Source: an uncultured Subdoligranulum sp. (lineage in GTDB: Bacteria; Bacillota; Clostridia; Oscillospirales; Ruminococcaceae). From it: a stretch of DNA of 64,000 nucleotides. How positions within the stretch are numbered: position 1 is the first letter of the stretch; each line of letters begins with the position of its first letter. The translations under genes were made by a program, and so were the position numbers. Below are positions 52,788-63,985 of this stretch, in pieces. The notes beneath the pieces were generated by a model that worked only from the letters and a program-made list of their open reading frames with translations, searched no databases and was not told the DNA's origin. The stretch is from the NCBI RefSeq assembly GCF_904374465.1, contig NZ_CAJFFY010000002.1; one strand, given 5' to 3'.

Positions 52788-54125
52788 TTGTTCAAATCCC
52801 TGAAGCGTTCCGCAAAAGGTGCGAGCGTGCCGCATGTGAAGGCGACGGCAGGGCAGCCGACGGTCAAGATGCCGGTGCCCGAACACGTCATCATTCCCAT
52901 GTCGATGCACATCGGCGCCCCGGCGGAACCCGTCGTCAAAAAGGGCGACACCGTCATGGTTGGCACTTTGATCGGCAAGGCCGGCGGCTTTGTCAGCGCC
53001 AACATCCACTCCAGCGTGTCGGGAACCGTCCAGGACGTGGCACCCATGCGGATGGTCAACGGCGTGATGACCACGGCTGTGGCCATCAAGGCGGACGGAC
53101 AGCAGACGGTGGACCCGGCCTGTGTGCCGCCCACCGTCACCGATAAGGCCAGCCTGCTGGCGGCCATCCAGGCTTGTGGCCTGGTGGGTGTGGGCGGTGC
53201 CGGCTTCCCGACCCATGTGAAGCTGGCGGCCGATACGGTGGACACCCTGCTGATCAATGCGGCCGAGTGTGAGCCCTTCCTGACCACCGACTGCCGGGAA
53301 ATGCTGGAATGCAGCGATACCATCATCTCGGGCATTGCCGCCGTGATGAAGTATTGTAACATTCCCAACTGCATCATCGGCATCGAGCGCAACAAGCCGG
53401 AGTGCATCGACCTGATGTGCTCGCTGGTGCGCCAGATGCCCGGCGTCAGCGTCAAACCGCTGCCCACCCGCTATCCCCAGGGTGCAGAAAAGACTCTGGT
53501 GGAGACCTGCACCGGCCGGGAAGTGCCCCAGGTCGGACCTTCCGGCAAGCCGGGTCTGCCCGCCGATGTGGGCTGCATCATTATGAACGTCACCAGTGTT
53601 TCCACGCTGGGCAAGTTCCTCAAGACCGGTATGCCGCTGACCACCAAGCGGGTCACGGTGGAAGGGGATGCCATTGCCAAACCGCAGAATGTGGAAGTGC
53701 CCATCGGCACGCTGTACCGGGATGTGATCGAGGCCTGCGGAGGCATCAAGCCCGACGTGGAACTGGGCAAGATTATCTTCGGCGGTCCCATGATGGGCGG
53801 CGCGGCTCCCAGCGCGGATTTCCCCGTTCTGAAGCAGAACAACGGCCTGCTGCTCTTCAGCAAGAAGGCGGCCGATCTGCCCGAGGCATCGGCCTGCATC
53901 CGCTGCGGCCGCTGCATTGACGCCTGCCCCATGGGTCTGGAGCCCGTGGTGGTGGCCGAAGCATTCAACAACCGTGACTTTGACGCCCTCAAGGCGCGCT
54001 GTGTGGATCTGTGCGTGGCTTGCGGCAGCTGCAGCTATGCCTGCCCGGCCAAGCGCCCTGTCAGCCAGACTATGACGCTGGCCAAGGCGTGGTACATGTC
54101 CGAACTGCGGAAAGGAGGCAAATAA
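52788..54125 (+). CDS. rnfC: Rnf electron transport complex subunit C
   Basis: TTG start; GLVGVGGAGFPTHVK; two CxxCxxCxxxCP ferredoxin motifs. Confidence 0.9.
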   Translation: MFKSLKRSAKGASVPHVKATAGQPTVKMPVPEHVIIPMSMHIGAPAEPVVKKGDTVMVGTLIGKAGGFVSANIHSSVSGTVQDVAPMRMVNGVMTTAVAIKADGQQTVDPACVPPTVTDKASLLAAIQACGLVGVGGAGFPTHVKLAADTVDTLLINAAECEPFLTTDCREMLECSDTIISGIAAVMKYCNIPNCIIGIERNKPECIDLMCSLVRQMPGVSVKPLPTRYPQGAEKTLVETCTGREVPQVGPSGKPGLPADVGCIIMNVTSVSTLGKFLKTGMPLTTKRVTVEGDAIAKPQNVEVPIGTLYRDVIEACGGIKPDVELGKIIFGGPMMGGAAPSADFPVLKQNNGLLLFSKKAADLPEASACIRCGRCIDACPMGLEPVVVAEAFNNRDFDALKARCVDLCVACGSCSYACPAKRPVSQTMTLAKAWYMSELRKGGK

Positions 54126-54128
54126 CCC

Positions 54129-55091
54129 ATGGAAGAGCGTTTGCTTGTCACCGCCTCGCCGCATATCCGGGACCATTCCACCACCCGCGGCCTGATGGGC
54201 AGTGTGGTGGTTGCCCTGCTGCCCTGTGTGCTGGCTTCGGCCCTGATCTTTGGCGTGCAGGCTCTGATTCTGGTGGTGGTCACCACCTTTGCCTGCGTGG
54301 CGTTTGAATATCTGTACGAAGTGCTTCTGCACAAGCCCAACACGGTGGGGGATCTCTCCGCCGTGGTCACCGGTATCATTCTGGCGTTGAATATGCCGGT
54401 GGGTATGCCCCTGTGGATCGCTGTGGTGGGTGCCTTTGTGGCCATTGTCATCACCAAGCAGCTGTTTGGCGGTCTGGGCTATAACTTCGCCAACCCCGCC
54501 CTGGTGGGCCGTATCGTGCTGTTCCTGGGCTTTACCTCCCGCATGACGGCCTATGTTTATCCCGATATGGCGGTGGACGCGCTGGCTTCCGCCACGCCGC
54601 TGTCCTCTTCGGTGGATCTGGCTGCCGTCAATTTCACCGATATGTTCCTGGGCCTGCATGGCGGTATGATGGGTGAGACCTGTGTGCTGGCCATCCTGGC
54701 GGGCTTTGCCATTCTGCTGGCCACCGGCACCATCCAGGCTACCATTCCCGTCAGCATCGTGGCCACCTGCTACGTCCTGACGCTGCTCTACACCCGGGAT
54801 CCCTATGTGGCGCTGATGGAATGCATGGCCGGCGGTCTGCTGTTCGGTGCGGTCTTCATGGCCACCGACTACGTCACCAGCCCCTTCACCACCAAGGGCA
54901 AGATCCTGTACGGCATCTTCATCGGCCTGGTGACCTTCCTGATCCGTCACTTTGCCAGCATGAACGAAGGCATGAGCTTTGCCATCCTGCTGGGCAACCT
55001 GATCACCCCGGGCTTCAACGCTGTGGGGCATCAGATCCCGCTGGGCTACAAAAAAGCCAAAAAAGCCAAGAAGAAAGGGGGCGCTGACTGA
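54129..55091 (+). CDS. rnfD: Rnf complex subunit D
   Basis: Polytopic membrane protein; FMATDYVTSP motif. Confidence 0.9.
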   Translation: MEERLLVTASPHIRDHSTTRGLMGSVVVALLPCVLASALIFGVQALILVVVTTFACVAFEYLYEVLLHKPNTVGDLSAVVTGIILALNMPVGMPLWIAVVGAFVAIVITKQLFGGLGYNFANPALVGRIVLFLGFTSRMTAYVYPDMAVDALASATPLSSSVDLAAVNFTDMFLGLHGGMMGETCVLAILAGFAILLATGTIQATIPVSIVATCYVLTLLYTRDPYVALMECMAGGLLFGAVFMATDYVTSPFTTKGKILYGIFIGLVTFLIRHFASMNEGMSFAILLGNLITPGFNAVGHQIPLGYKKAKKAKKKGGAD

Positions 55092-55666
55092 TGGCGAACA
55101 ACCAGACCCCGGAAAAGCAGAGCGCCTTTAAGGAGCTGATTCTGCCGGTCATCGTGCTGGTGGTTATCTGCCTGGTGTGCAGCGCCCTGCTGGCGGTCCT
55201 CAACGATGTGACCGCCCCCATCATCGAAGAAAACACCAAAGCCGAGACCCTGGCGGCCTATCTGTCGGTGCTGCCGGAAGGCACCACCGATGCCGACATG
55301 ACCGAGCTGGAAGGGTTGACCACCCCCGATGTGGAGGGGGCTGTCACCACCACCTCCGGCGCGGCGGCGGTCAAAGCCGCTTCCAGCGGTTACTCCGGCA
55401 AGGATGTCACCGTTTACGTGGGCTTTGACAACAACGGCGCCATCTCCAACATCAGTGTGGACGCTTCCACCCAGACCACCGGCATCGGCTCCAAGGTGGC
55501 CGAAGAGAGCTTTACCTCCGGCTTTGTCGGCTGGAACGGCGGGGCCGTGTCCAGCGGCAACCCGGTGGACGGTGTGGCCAGCGCCACCTACTCCAGCAAT
55601 GCGGTCTTTACTGCCGTCAATGCGGCCATCGACTGCTATACCAACGAAATCAAAGGGGGTATGTAA
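55091..55666 (+). CDS. rnfG: Rnf complex subunit G (FMN-binding)
   Basis: N-terminal TM; DGVASATYSSNAV FMN-attachment motif. Confidence 0.85.
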   Translation: MANNQTPEKQSAFKELILPVIVLVVICLVCSALLAVLNDVTAPIIEENTKAETLAAYLSVLPEGTTDADMTELEGLTTPDVEGAVTTTSGAAAVKAASSGYSGKDVTVYVGFDNNGAISNISVDASTQTTGIGSKVAEESFTSGFVGWNGGAVSSGNPVDGVASATYSSNAVFTAVNAAIDCYTNEIKGGM

Positions 55667-55668
55667 GG

Positions 55669-56361
55669 ATGGCTGAAAAACCGAGCAAATGGCAAGTATT
55701 TACCGCGGGTATCATCCGCGAAAACCCCGTCCTGCGTCTGGTGCTGGGCTGCTGCTCCGCGCTGGCCGTCACCACCACGGTGTCGGGCGCCGTGGGTATG
55801 GGTCTGTCCATGACCTTCGTGCTGGTCTGCTCCAACATCGTCATTTCGGCCCTGCGCAAGGTCATTCCCGCCAAGGTGCATCTGCCGTGCTACATCGTCA
55901 TCATTGCCACCTTTGTTACGGTGGTGCAGATGGTACTGCAGGCCTTTGTGCCGGAACTGTACAAGTCTTTGGGCGTGTTCCTGGCTCTGATTGTCGTCAA
56001 CTGCATCATCCTCGGCCGTGCCGAGATGTTTGCCTGCAAGAACACCGTGGTGGACTCTGCCCTGGACGGCCTGGGCATGGGTATTGGTTATATCCTGACC
56101 ATGGCACTCATGTCCTCCATCCGTGAAATCATCGGCAGCGGTACCTGGCTGGGCATCACCATCATTCCCGAAAGTGTGGACCGCATGACCATCATGAACT
56201 CCGCACCCGGCGGTTTCTTCGTCTTCGGCTGCCTGATGGCCGGCTGTGTCTGGCTGGAGCGCAAGCTCAATAAGCCCATCGAGCGCAAGACCTGCGGCGA
56301 TGTGATGCTGGACCAGATCGACGCCGCCAAGGCAGAACAGAAAGGGGGCGCGGCTGAATGA
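55669..56361 (+). CDS. rnfE: Rnf complex subunit E
   Basis: NPVLRLVLGCCSALAVTT, NqrD/RnfE type. Confidence 0.85.
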   Translation: MAEKPSKWQVFTAGIIRENPVLRLVLGCCSALAVTTTVSGAVGMGLSMTFVLVCSNIVISALRKVIPAKVHLPCYIVIIATFVTVVQMVLQAFVPELYKSLGVFLALIVVNCIILGRAEMFACKNTVVDSALDGLGMGIGYILTMALMSSIREIIGSGTWLGITIIPESVDRMTIMNSAPGGFFVFGCLMAGCVWLERKLNKPIERKTCGDVMLDQIDAAKAEQKGGAAE

Positions 56362-56999
56362 ACTCTCAGATTGCAACCTTCGCCACGATCTTCTTTAGCA
56401 TGATCCTGGTCAACAACTATGTGTTGGTACAGTTCCTGGGCATCTGCCCCTTCCTGGGCGTTTCCAAAAAGCTGGACTCCTCGGTGGGCATGGGCCTGGC
56501 CGTTATTGTGGTCATGGTGATTGCCACGGCGGTGACCTTCCCGCTGCAGATCTTCCTGCTGGACGCCTTTAACCTGGGCTACATGCAGACCATCATCTTC
56601 ATCCTGGTTATTGCGGTGCTGGTCCAGCTCATCGAAATTACCCTCAAGCGGTACGTCCCGGCGCTGTATCAGTCCCTGGGCGTGTATCTGCCGCTGATCA
56701 CCACCAACTGCTGCGTGTTGGGCGTTACCATCCTGGCTGTGCAGGATTACTCCGCCGTGGTGGAAACCTCCGGCTTCGGCTTGGCCTATGCGGAGGCGCT
56801 GATCTGCGCCGCCGGTGCCGGTGTGGGCTTCCTGGTGGCCATGCTGCTTTTCTGCGGCGTGCGTCAGCGCGTGGAAAACTCCAACCCGCCCGAGAGCTTC
56901 AAGGGCCTGCCCATCACGCTGGTCTCTGCGGCCATCACCTCGCTGAGCTTCATGGGCTTTGGCGGTCTGGTGGAAAACATCATCAACGCGATTCTGTAA
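56358..56999 (+). CDS. rnfA: Rnf complex subunit A
   Basis: NNYVLVQFLGICPFLGVS, NqrE/RnfA type. Confidence 0.85.
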   Translation: MNSQIATFATIFFSMILVNNYVLVQFLGICPFLGVSKKLDSSVGMGLAVIVVMVIATAVTFPLQIFLLDAFNLGYMQTIIFILVIAVLVQLIEITLKRYVPALYQSLGVYLPLITTNCCVLGVTILAVQDYSAVVETSGFGLAYAEALICAAGAGVGFLVAMLLFCGVRQRVENSNPPESFKGLPITLVSAAITSLSFMGFGGLVENIINAIL

Positions 57000-57008
57000 G
57001 AAAGGGGA

Positions 57009-57854
57009 ATGGAGAGAATGAACCCTATCGTATTTGCTATCGTCGTGCTGGTGGTGCTGGGTTTGGTCGGCGGTTTTATCCTGGTGCTGGCCTCCAAGTT
57101 CATGGCGGTGTATGAGGATCCCCGCATTGCACAGATCACCGACTGCCTGGCCGGCGCCAACTGCGGCGGCTGCGGCTATGCCGGCTGTGCCGACTATGCC
57201 AAGGCCATTGTGGAGGATGGCGCCCCCACCTTCAAGTGCGCCCCCGGCGGTGACAAAACCACCGATGCCATCAACCGCATCATGGGTGCCGAAGAATCCG
57301 ACCGTCCCAGCATGCGCGCCACCGTCATCTGTGCCGGCGGCGAAAACTGCGGCAAGCGGTTTGACTACAAGGGAATCCGGACCTGTGCTGCCGCCGCGGC
57401 GGTGGCCGGTGGCCCCAGCGCCTGCTCCTATGGCTGCCTGGGCCTGGGAGACTGCACCCGTGCCTGCAAGTTTGACGCCATTCATGTGGTCAAGGGTGTG
57501 GCTGTGGTGGACCGCAGCAAGTGCACCGGCTGTACGGCCTGTACGGCGGTATGCCCGCGCAATGTCATCCAGATGAAACCCATTGCACCGCAGCCCGCCG
57601 TCAAGTGCTCCAACAAGGATAAAGGCGCTGTGGTCAACAAAACCTGTAAGGTCGGCTGTATTGCCTGCGGCCTGTGTGTGCGTAACTGCCCCCAGCAGGC
57701 CATCTTCCTGAAGGACAATGTGGCGGTCATCGACTACACCAAGTGCAATGGCTGCGGCACCTGTGTCACCAAGTGCCCCAAGAAGGCCATCCAGTGGGTG
57801 GAAGGCGCCCCGCGTCCCATGGACGCTCCGGTTCCGGCCCACGAAGTGCATTAA
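57009..57854 (+). CDS. rnfB: Rnf complex subunit B (polyferredoxin)
   Basis: N-terminal TM, CGGCGYAGC motif and several 4Fe-4S CxxCxxCxxxCP motifs. Confidence 0.85.
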   Translation: MERMNPIVFAIVVLVVLGLVGGFILVLASKFMAVYEDPRIAQITDCLAGANCGGCGYAGCADYAKAIVEDGAPTFKCAPGGDKTTDAINRIMGAEESDRPSMRATVICAGGENCGKRFDYKGIRTCAAAAAVAGGPSACSYGCLGLGDCTRACKFDAIHVVKGVAVVDRSKCTGCTACTAVCPRNVIQMKPIAPQPAVKCSNKDKGAVVNKTCKVGCIACGLCVRNCPQQAIFLKDNVAVIDYTKCNGCGTCVTKCPKKAIQWVEGAPRPMDAPVPAHEVH

Positions 57855-58002
57855 GCATTTGCCCAGGATTCCCCGCCACCCGGCGGGGAATTTTTGATTT
57901 TCTTTGCATTTTTTTGAAAAAAACAGGGGACAGATCGCGGCAACTATGCTATACTGTTCTCCGTAGGTAGATTGGTAAGAAATCGCAGGGAGGTTTACCA
58001 CC

Positions 58003-59157
58003 ATGGAAATCACCAAGGATATTTTGTACGTAGGCGTCAATGATCATGACGTGGACCTGTTCGAAGGGCAGTATAAGGTGCCCAACGGCATGGCATACAA
58101 TTCCTATCTCATCCGGGACGAAAAGGTGGCCGTCATGGATTCGGTGGATGCACATTTCACCGATGCCTGGCTCACCAACATTGCTTCGGTTCTGGGCGGC
58201 CGTGAACCGGATTATCTGATCGTCCAGCATATGGAACCTGACCATTCCGGTTCGGTCTATTCCTTTACGCAGGCCTATCCCGACACCAAGATCGTGGCTT
58301 CCGCCAAGGCGGTGGCCATCATGCAGCAATTCTTTGACACCGACTTCACCAGCCGTTGCCTCATCGTCAAGGAAGGTGACACCCTGGAACTGGGCGCCCA
58401 TACGCTGCACTTTATCACCGCGCCGATGGTGCACTGGCCGGAAGTCATCATGACCTATGATGCGGCCGATAAGGTGCTGTTCAGCGCGGATGCCTTCGGC
58501 AAGTTCGGCGCCCTGGATGTGGACGAACCGTGGCTGCCCGAGGCCCGCCGCTACTATATCGGCATTGTGGGCAAGTACGGTCCGCAGGTGCAGGCCGTAC
58601 TGAAGAAGGCCGCCGGTCTGGAGATCGAGACTGTCTGCTCGCTGCATGGTCCTGCGCTGCACAAAGAGCAGCTGGGGGATGTTCTGGCCGTTTACGATGC
58701 CTGGAGCGCTTACCGACCCGAGACGGAAGGCGTCCTGGTGGCGTACAGCTCCATCTACGGTCACACCAAGGAAGCCGCCGAGATGCTGGGCGAAGAACTG
58801 CGCACCAAGGGTGTGGATGTCACGGTGATGGATCTGGCCCGCAGCGACATGTCGGAGGCCGTGGCACAGGCTTTCCGGTACAGCAAGTTGGTGCTGGCTT
58901 CCCCCACCTACAATGGCGAGGTTTTCCCCTTCACCCGCAGCTTTATCGAGCACCTGACCGAGCGCAACTATCAGAACCGTACGGTGGGCATCATTGAGAA
59001 CGGCACCTGGGCCCCCACCGCCGGCCGTGTGATGCGTAAGATGCTGGAGGGTAGCAAGAATCTGACCATCCTGGACGAGACGGTCAGCATCAAGAGTGCC
59101 CTGAATGCTGCCAGCAAGGCCCAGCTGGAGCAGCTGGCCGATGCGCTGAGCAAATAA
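58003..59157 (+). CDS. FprA-type flavoprotein (metallo-beta-lactamase fold plus flavodoxin domain)
   Basis: ILYVGVNDHDVDLFEG ... VQHMEPDHSG, with a C-terminal flavodoxin-like SSIYGHT. Confidence 0.8.
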   Translation: MEITKDILYVGVNDHDVDLFEGQYKVPNGMAYNSYLIRDEKVAVMDSVDAHFTDAWLTNIASVLGGREPDYLIVQHMEPDHSGSVYSFTQAYPDTKIVASAKAVAIMQQFFDTDFTSRCLIVKEGDTLELGAHTLHFITAPMVHWPEVIMTYDAADKVLFSADAFGKFGALDVDEPWLPEARRYYIGIVGKYGPQVQAVLKKAAGLEIETVCSLHGPALHKEQLGDVLAVYDAWSAYRPETEGVLVAYSSIYGHTKEAAEMLGEELRTKGVDVTVMDLARSDMSEAVAQAFRYSKLVLASPTYNGEVFPFTRSFIEHLTERNYQNRTVGIIENGTWAPTAGRVMRKMLEGSKNLTILDETVSIKSALNAASKAQLEQLADALSK

Positions 59158-59235
59158 TAAATCTGCAAAAAAATCCCAAATGGGGTTGACAAAACGGCAC
59201 CTATGCCGTATAATGTATAGCGTTGACCCCATTAT

Positions 59236-59312
59236 GGATGATTAGCTCAGCTGGTTAGAGCGCTGCGTTCACATCGCAGAGGTCGAGGGTTCGAGTCCCC
59301 CATCCTCCACCA
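59236..59312 (+). tRNA. tRNA-Val (anticodon CAC) with two stem mismatches
   Basis: GGATGATTAGCTCAGCTGGTTAGAGC; anticodon loop TTCACAT; encoded CCA. T4:C69 and A50:C64 do not pair. Confidence 0.75.
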
Positions 59313-59315
59313 AGC

Positions 59316-59350
59316 AAAATCCGAACCCGGAATCCGGGTTCGGATTTTTT
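59316..59350. terminator. Bidirectional rho-independent terminator
   Basis: AAAATCCGAACCCGG-AAT-CCGGGTTCGGATTTT followed by TT. Confidence 0.85.
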
Positions 59351-59458
59351 GTTACAGGAAGGCCTGTAAGGAAAAACCATAACGCCGGAAACAGAAAACA
59401 AAGGGACACCCCTGGAAAATCCCCCAGAGGCGTCCCTTTTCTTGCGGGCAAGATAGTT

Positions 59459-62400
59459 TTATTCGGTGCGCAGTGCGGTTACCGGATCGCTTTTTGCTGC
59501 TTTTTTGGCAGGAATCAGTCCGCCCAGGAGCGTCAGCAGTACGCTTAACCCGATCAGAAGCAGCGCGCCGCCCACCGGCAGGAAGGCATTGATCTCCTGG
59601 GAGTTTGCCAGGTGATGAATCAGCATATTTCCGGGAATCAGAATCAGCAGGGTCAGGCCGATGCCGATCAAACCGGAGGTCAGACCGATGATGAAGGTTT
59701 CGGCATTGAATACCTGGGAAATGTTCCTTTTGGAGGCACCCATGGCACGCAGAATACCGATTTCCTTCTTGCGCTCCAAAACGCTGATATAGGTGATTAC
59801 GCCGATCATGATGGAGGAGACGACCAGGGAGATGGCCACGAAGGCAATCAGCACATAGCTGATGACGTCAATGATATCCGTTACCGAGGACATAAGGGTG
59901 CCTACGGTGTCGGTGTAGGTGATGGCCTGCTCATCCTTGCCTTCAGCCTTCATACGGTCGTTATAGGCTTGCAGGATTTCCGTTACCTGCTCTTTGCTCT
60001 CGAAATCACGGGGATAGATGCTGATAACACTGGGATTTTCAAAATCCACATAATCCAGGGAGCTCAGATTGCTTTCGTAGGTATCGCTCTGGGTCAGCCG
60101 CAGGGATTGCAGCAACTCGGAAAGATCCTCTGCATCCATCTGGATGGAGAATGCCTGGGCGAAATCCTCCGGATCGAACTGGAAGGCCTGTGCAAGGTTA
60201 TCGCCCAGGGAATTGACGGCTTTTTCCATAATGGATTGCATATTTTCCGCCACCTGCAGCATCACCTGGCCCATAACCTGTTCCATGGCCTCCTCCATCA
60301 CGGAGTCGAGCCCCGTCTGCAGGGAAGTGCCCAGAGACTCCGCAAGGGAAGTACCCACCGTTTTCATATAGCTTTCCATGACGGTGCCCAGTTGCTGCTG
60401 CAACCCGGAGGCATCCACCATGGAAACCACACCGGCGCTCAGGTTGTTCTGCGCGGAGGCGGTTGCCATATAATCGGTAAAGTAGGCGCCGATTTTGGAA
60501 GGGTCTGGCAACCCGTTGGCCACAGCATAGTCCCGATATCCGGCCGTCAGATCGGCGACCAGCTTTTCCAGTTGGTCCTGGGTGATTTCAAAATCCTTTG
60601 CGGTCGGGAACGTGCGGTTCATCCAATCGGTGATGATGGCCTGTGCCCGGTCGGTACCCAGATATTCCGTCAGATACGCCTGAAGCTGGGACTCCGGAGC
60701 CGGAGTGGTTTCCACCTGTCCGCTCTCGGGCGTGCTCGGCTCCGGCGGCGGGGCAAACATTTCCGGGTGTACCTCCTGGCAGTATGCCAGGAAGTCCGAC
60801 AAGACCAGACGAAGCATTTCCTGCACCTGTTCCTGGGTGGGAGCGACAATCCCGTTGGTTTGCAAAATATCCTGGAGATTTTCCTTCAGAATGCGGCAAC
60901 CCGCATCGGTATGCAGGAAGGCAAGAAAATTCTCGCTCATGCCGGAGTAGTCCGCCTCCGGATGGGCCTGGGTGTATTCCTTCCAACCATCCATCAGCCC
61001 GGTGACCAGCGTCTCCAGAGAATCCGCCGAGACATGGAATTGTACGCCCTGCATCAGGCTGGCCATATCCATCTGGGGGAAGGAAGGCAAATCCAATTGC
61101 AGATCTTCCGGACGGATCATACCGGACAAATCAATCTGCTCCAAATCGATCTTGCTCAGGTCCAGATCGCTGGGATTTATCTGCCCCATATCCTCCCAGG
61201 AGAATGCGCCCTCCAGGCTGTCGCTCAGATCGCTTTCATCGAAGGAAAACATCTTGCGCAGGGCCTCTTCGTCAATATCCACCAGAGAATCCAGCGAAAA
61301 GTCGTTTGCTCCCTGTTTCTGGCCAAAGGGCTCGTTGGTGAATACGTTGGTATGCGGGTCTGCCAGCTGATCCTGCACAATTTTGCTGGAGGCGGCTTTC
61401 TCGGCCAGGTGATGGGTGAGGGCGGTGGGATACGCGATGCCGGATTGCATGATGGCGGTGCCGCTTTCGGTGGGCTGCACGATGCCCACAATGGTCAGGT
61501 CATCGCCCTGTTCCACCAGGGTACGCATATAGGCTGCGTCCTCCCGCTTGTCACGCCAGACGCCGTATTCGCTGTCATATTCGTAGTAATCCGGGCTGCT
61601 CACAACCTTAAATGTGATGCCCAGAATATCGTCATAGGCATAGGACTTCGGATGGGACGGCGTCGTCACGTTCTCCTCGTGGACAAACTGCTGGACCATC
61701 GTGTCCAGTTCCGTGGCATCCCGCAGACCCAGCGTGTAGAGCATAAAGTCGCTCATGCTGCCGCCCGGCGTCAAAACCAGCACACATTCCATGGCATTTT
61801 CCGGCCAGCGGCCAGCCTTTACTTCGTACTGATTACGGTAAAGCGCCTCCTCGCTGGGCATTTCGTGGAAAACATCGGTGCCCATCATCGTGGACATGAT
61901 ACTGCTGGAACTCATGGAGGAGCCCAGGCCCAGGGCGGCGAAGGAACTGTCGGGGTTGACCTGACGGACACCGTCTCCATCCAGGCGGTAAATCTGGGGC
62001 TTACAGTCGTAAGCGTATTCCACCGCGCTGGCATAGTTGTCGATGCCGCTTTGCCCGCTGTCCAGATAGGCTTTCAGGGATTTCAGATCGTTGGAATTCA
62101 TGGTGGAAAATAACTTTGTCACCATTTCAAGAATGCCCACCTGTCCCGGGGACTGATCGGATTGCTGGGACATACCGCCCAGAAGGGCGGTGGAATCAAA
62201 CCCGGTGCTTTGAATCTGCAGTGGATACTCGGAGAGGGTATCCCGCTCCACATTCTGGATGTAGACGTTTACGCCGCTGGACAGCGAGAGGATCAGCGCA
62301 ATGCCGATGATGCCGATGGAACCGGCAAAGGCCGTCAACAGCGTCCGGGCCTTTTTGGTTTTCAGGTTGTTGAAGCTCAAGGAAAGGGCGGTCAAAAAGG

Positions 62401-63130
62401 ACATGGAAGCCCTGCCCATGTTTTTGTGTGTCGGGGCCTTCTGCTCCGCCGGTACGAACGGGTCGGAATCCGCACAGATTTTTCCGTCGCGCAGATTCAC
62501 AATCCGGGTGGCGTACCGTTTGGCAAGTTCCGGGTTGTGGGAAACCATAACCACCAGGCGGTCTTTTGCGACTTCCTGAAGCAGGTCCATCACCTGTACA
62601 CTGGTGGCGCTGTCCAATGCACCGGTGGGCTCGTCGGCCAGCAAGATGTCCGGGTTGTTGACCAGGGCACGGGCAATGGCCACCCGCTGCATCTGCCCGC
62701 CGGACATCTGGTTGGGCTTCTTGTGGAGCTGCTTGCCCAGTCCCACTTCCTCCAGCGCCTGGATGGCGCGCTGCCGCCGTTCGGACTTGCTCACGCCGGA
62801 AATGGTCAGCGCCAGTTCCACGTTTGCCAGGACCGTCTGGTGGGGGATCAGGTTATAGCTCTGGAACACAAAGCCGATGGTATGGTTCCGATAGGAATCC
62901 CAGTCCCGGTCATTGTACTTTTGGGTGGAGATACCGTCGATGATCAGGTCCCCGGAGTCGTAGCGGTCCAGACCGCCGATGATGTTCAACAGAGTGGTTT
63001 TTCCGGATCCGCTGGGACCTAAAATGGCAACAAATTCATTGTCGCGCAAGTTTAAGGATACATGATCCAAGGCCTTCTGCACAAAACCGTTTGTCCGGTA
63101 TTCTTTGCAGATATCTTTGATTTGAAGCAT
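59459..63130 (-). CDS. Fused ABC transporter: MacB/LolD-type ATPase plus FtsX-family permease with a very large extracytoplasmic domain
   Basis: Start [11 protein letters not shown]; Walker [10 protein letters not shown]; [15 protein letters not shown]; C-terminal FtsX TM bundle. Confidence 0.85.
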   Translation of the reverse strand: MLQIKDICKEYRTNGFVQKALDHVSLNLRDNEFVAILGPSGSGKTTLLNIIGGLDRYDSGDLIIDGISTQKYNDRDWDSYRNHTIGFVFQSYNLIPHQTVLANVELALTISGVSKSERRQRAIQALEEVGLGKQLHKKPNQMSGGQMQRVAIARALVNNPDILLADEPTGALDSATSVQVMDLLQEVAKDRLVVMVSHNPELAKRYATRIVNLRDGKICADSDPFVPAEQKAPTHKNMGRASMSFLTALSLSFNNLKTKKARTLLTAFAGSIGIIGIALILSLSSGVNVYIQNVERDTLSEYPLQIQSTGFDSTALLGGMSQQSDQSPGQVGILEMVTKLFSTMNSNDLKSLKAYLDSGQSGIDNYASAVEYAYDCKPQIYRLDGDGVRQVNPDSSFAALGLGSSMSSSSIMSTMMGTDVFHEMPSEEALYRNQYEVKAGRWPENAMECVLVLTPGGSMSDFMLYTLGLRDATELDTMVQQFVHEENVTTPSHPKSYAYDDILGITFKVVSSPDYYEYDSEYGVWRDKREDAAYMRTLVEQGDDLTIVGIVQPTESGTAIMQSGIAYPTALTHHLAEKAASSKIVQDQLADPHTNVFTNEPFGQKQGANDFSLDSLVDIDEEALRKMFSFDESDLSDSLEGAFSWEDMGQINPSDLDLSKIDLEQIDLSGMIRPEDLQLDLPSFPQMDMASLMQGVQFHVSADSLETLVTGLMDGWKEYTQAHPEADYSGMSENFLAFLHTDAGCRILKENLQDILQTNGIVAPTQEQVQEMLRLVLSDFLAYCQEVHPEMFAPPPEPSTPESGQVETTPAPESQLQAYLTEYLGTDRAQAIITDWMNRTFPTAKDFEITQDQLEKLVADLTAGYRDYAVANGLPDPSKIGAYFTDYMATASAQNNLSAGVVSMVDASGLQQQLGTVMESYMKTVGTSLAESLGTSLQTGLDSVMEEAMEQVMGQVMLQVAENMQSIMEKAVNSLGDNLAQAFQFDPEDFAQAFSIQMDAEDLSELLQSLRLTQSDTYESNLSSLDYVDFENPSVISIYPRDFESKEQVTEILQAYNDRMKAEGKDEQAITYTDTVGTLMSSVTDIIDVISYVLIAFVAISLVVSSIMIGVITYISVLERKKEIGILRAMGASKRNISQVFNAETFIIGLTSGLIGIGLTLLILIPGNMLIHHLANSQEINAFLPVGGALLLIGLSVLLTLLGGLIPAKKAAKSDPVTALRTE

Positions 63131-63281
63131 GGGTGATTCTCCCGGACAGTCCACAGGGACTGTTGCCTGTATGATGTAATAATTGACTTTACATTTGTAA
63201 CAGTGTAACACCTGCCCGGCGCGGTGTCAATGACTCCATTCGGAAAAGGGAATGCGGACATTGTCACAACCGCCCGAAAAC

Positions 63282-63312
63282 AAAAGGAGCCTCGCGTGGC
63301 GAGGCTCCTTTT
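63282..63312. terminator. Bidirectional terminator
   Basis: AAAAGGAGCCTCGC-GTG-GCGAGGCTCCTTTT. Confidence 0.8.
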
Positions 63313-63319
63313 GGCTGTA

Positions 63320-63985
63320 TCATGGGGTTTCCCGTTTCATGGCGGTGTAGCCGATCAGGACGGTCCACACATAGGCGCAGGTTTTCGGGATCATCAGCAT
63401 GCCGATCATCGGAACCACATCTGCCCAAAGCACAACCGGAATATAGAAGGCAAAACTCAGTACAATGGTCAGCCACATCCAGCGGAAGGCGCGGTCCTGT
63501 TGTGCCCGGGCGCTGCGGTAAAACAGCACAATCATCAAAAGCCCCAACAGTGCAAAGGGAATGTTGCGGTAGATTCCCCAGGACAGGGGAGCGTCGGCTT
63601 CCAGCCACCTGTTTTGCGGCATCAGGCAGAGCAGAATCCGCAGACCGGCCAGCAGGTAGACGGTACCGGTCAAGGATTTTTGCCCCTGTACCCGGTAACG
63701 CTGCCGCCATACATAGTAGAGCAGCACGTAAAAGACCGTCATTGTCACCGAAGTAATCGCTTTGCCCAGGCCCAGGGCAACGGCATAGTTTTCCAGGCCG
63801 GTGGTGCACAGGGCCCAGGCGCGGGGGACCAGGTGGAAGGCATCGCCGGCCCCCAGCACAACGGCCATCCAACCAAACAGATGAAATTGACGTGCGGCGC
63901 CGGGCTGCCGGATCATTCGGATGCCCAGTGTCAGAACGGTGATCAGATATACCGCGTCGAAAGCGGTTTCCATAATGGCTTGCAT
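63320..63985 (-). CDS. Polytopic membrane protein of unknown function
   Basis: 221 aa with about 7 hydrophobic segments; GAAAGGAAC RBS. Confidence 0.7.
   Translation of the reverse strand: MQAIMETAFDAVYLITVLTLGIRMIRQPGAARQFHLFGWMAVVLGAGDAFHLVPRAWALCTTGLENYAVALGLGKAITSVTMTVFYVLLYYVWRQRYRVQGQKSLTGTVYLLAGLRILLCLMPQNRWLEADAPLSWGIYRNIPFALLGLLMIVLFYRSARAQQDRAFRWMWLTIVLSFAFYIPVVLWADVVPMIGMLMIPKTCAYVWTVLIGYTAMKRETP

Noticed and set aside
52698-58040. 777-aa and 650-aa minus ORFs (52698..55031 and 56088..58040)
   Set aside because: They are antisense shadows of rnfC/rnfD and rnfA/rnfB in high-GC DNA, with His/Gly/Ala/Asp-rich compositions that are not protein-like.
59612-62113. 833-aa + strand ORF
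   Set aside because: It is antisense to the ABC transporter fusion, which has Walker A/B and FtsX features on the minus strand.
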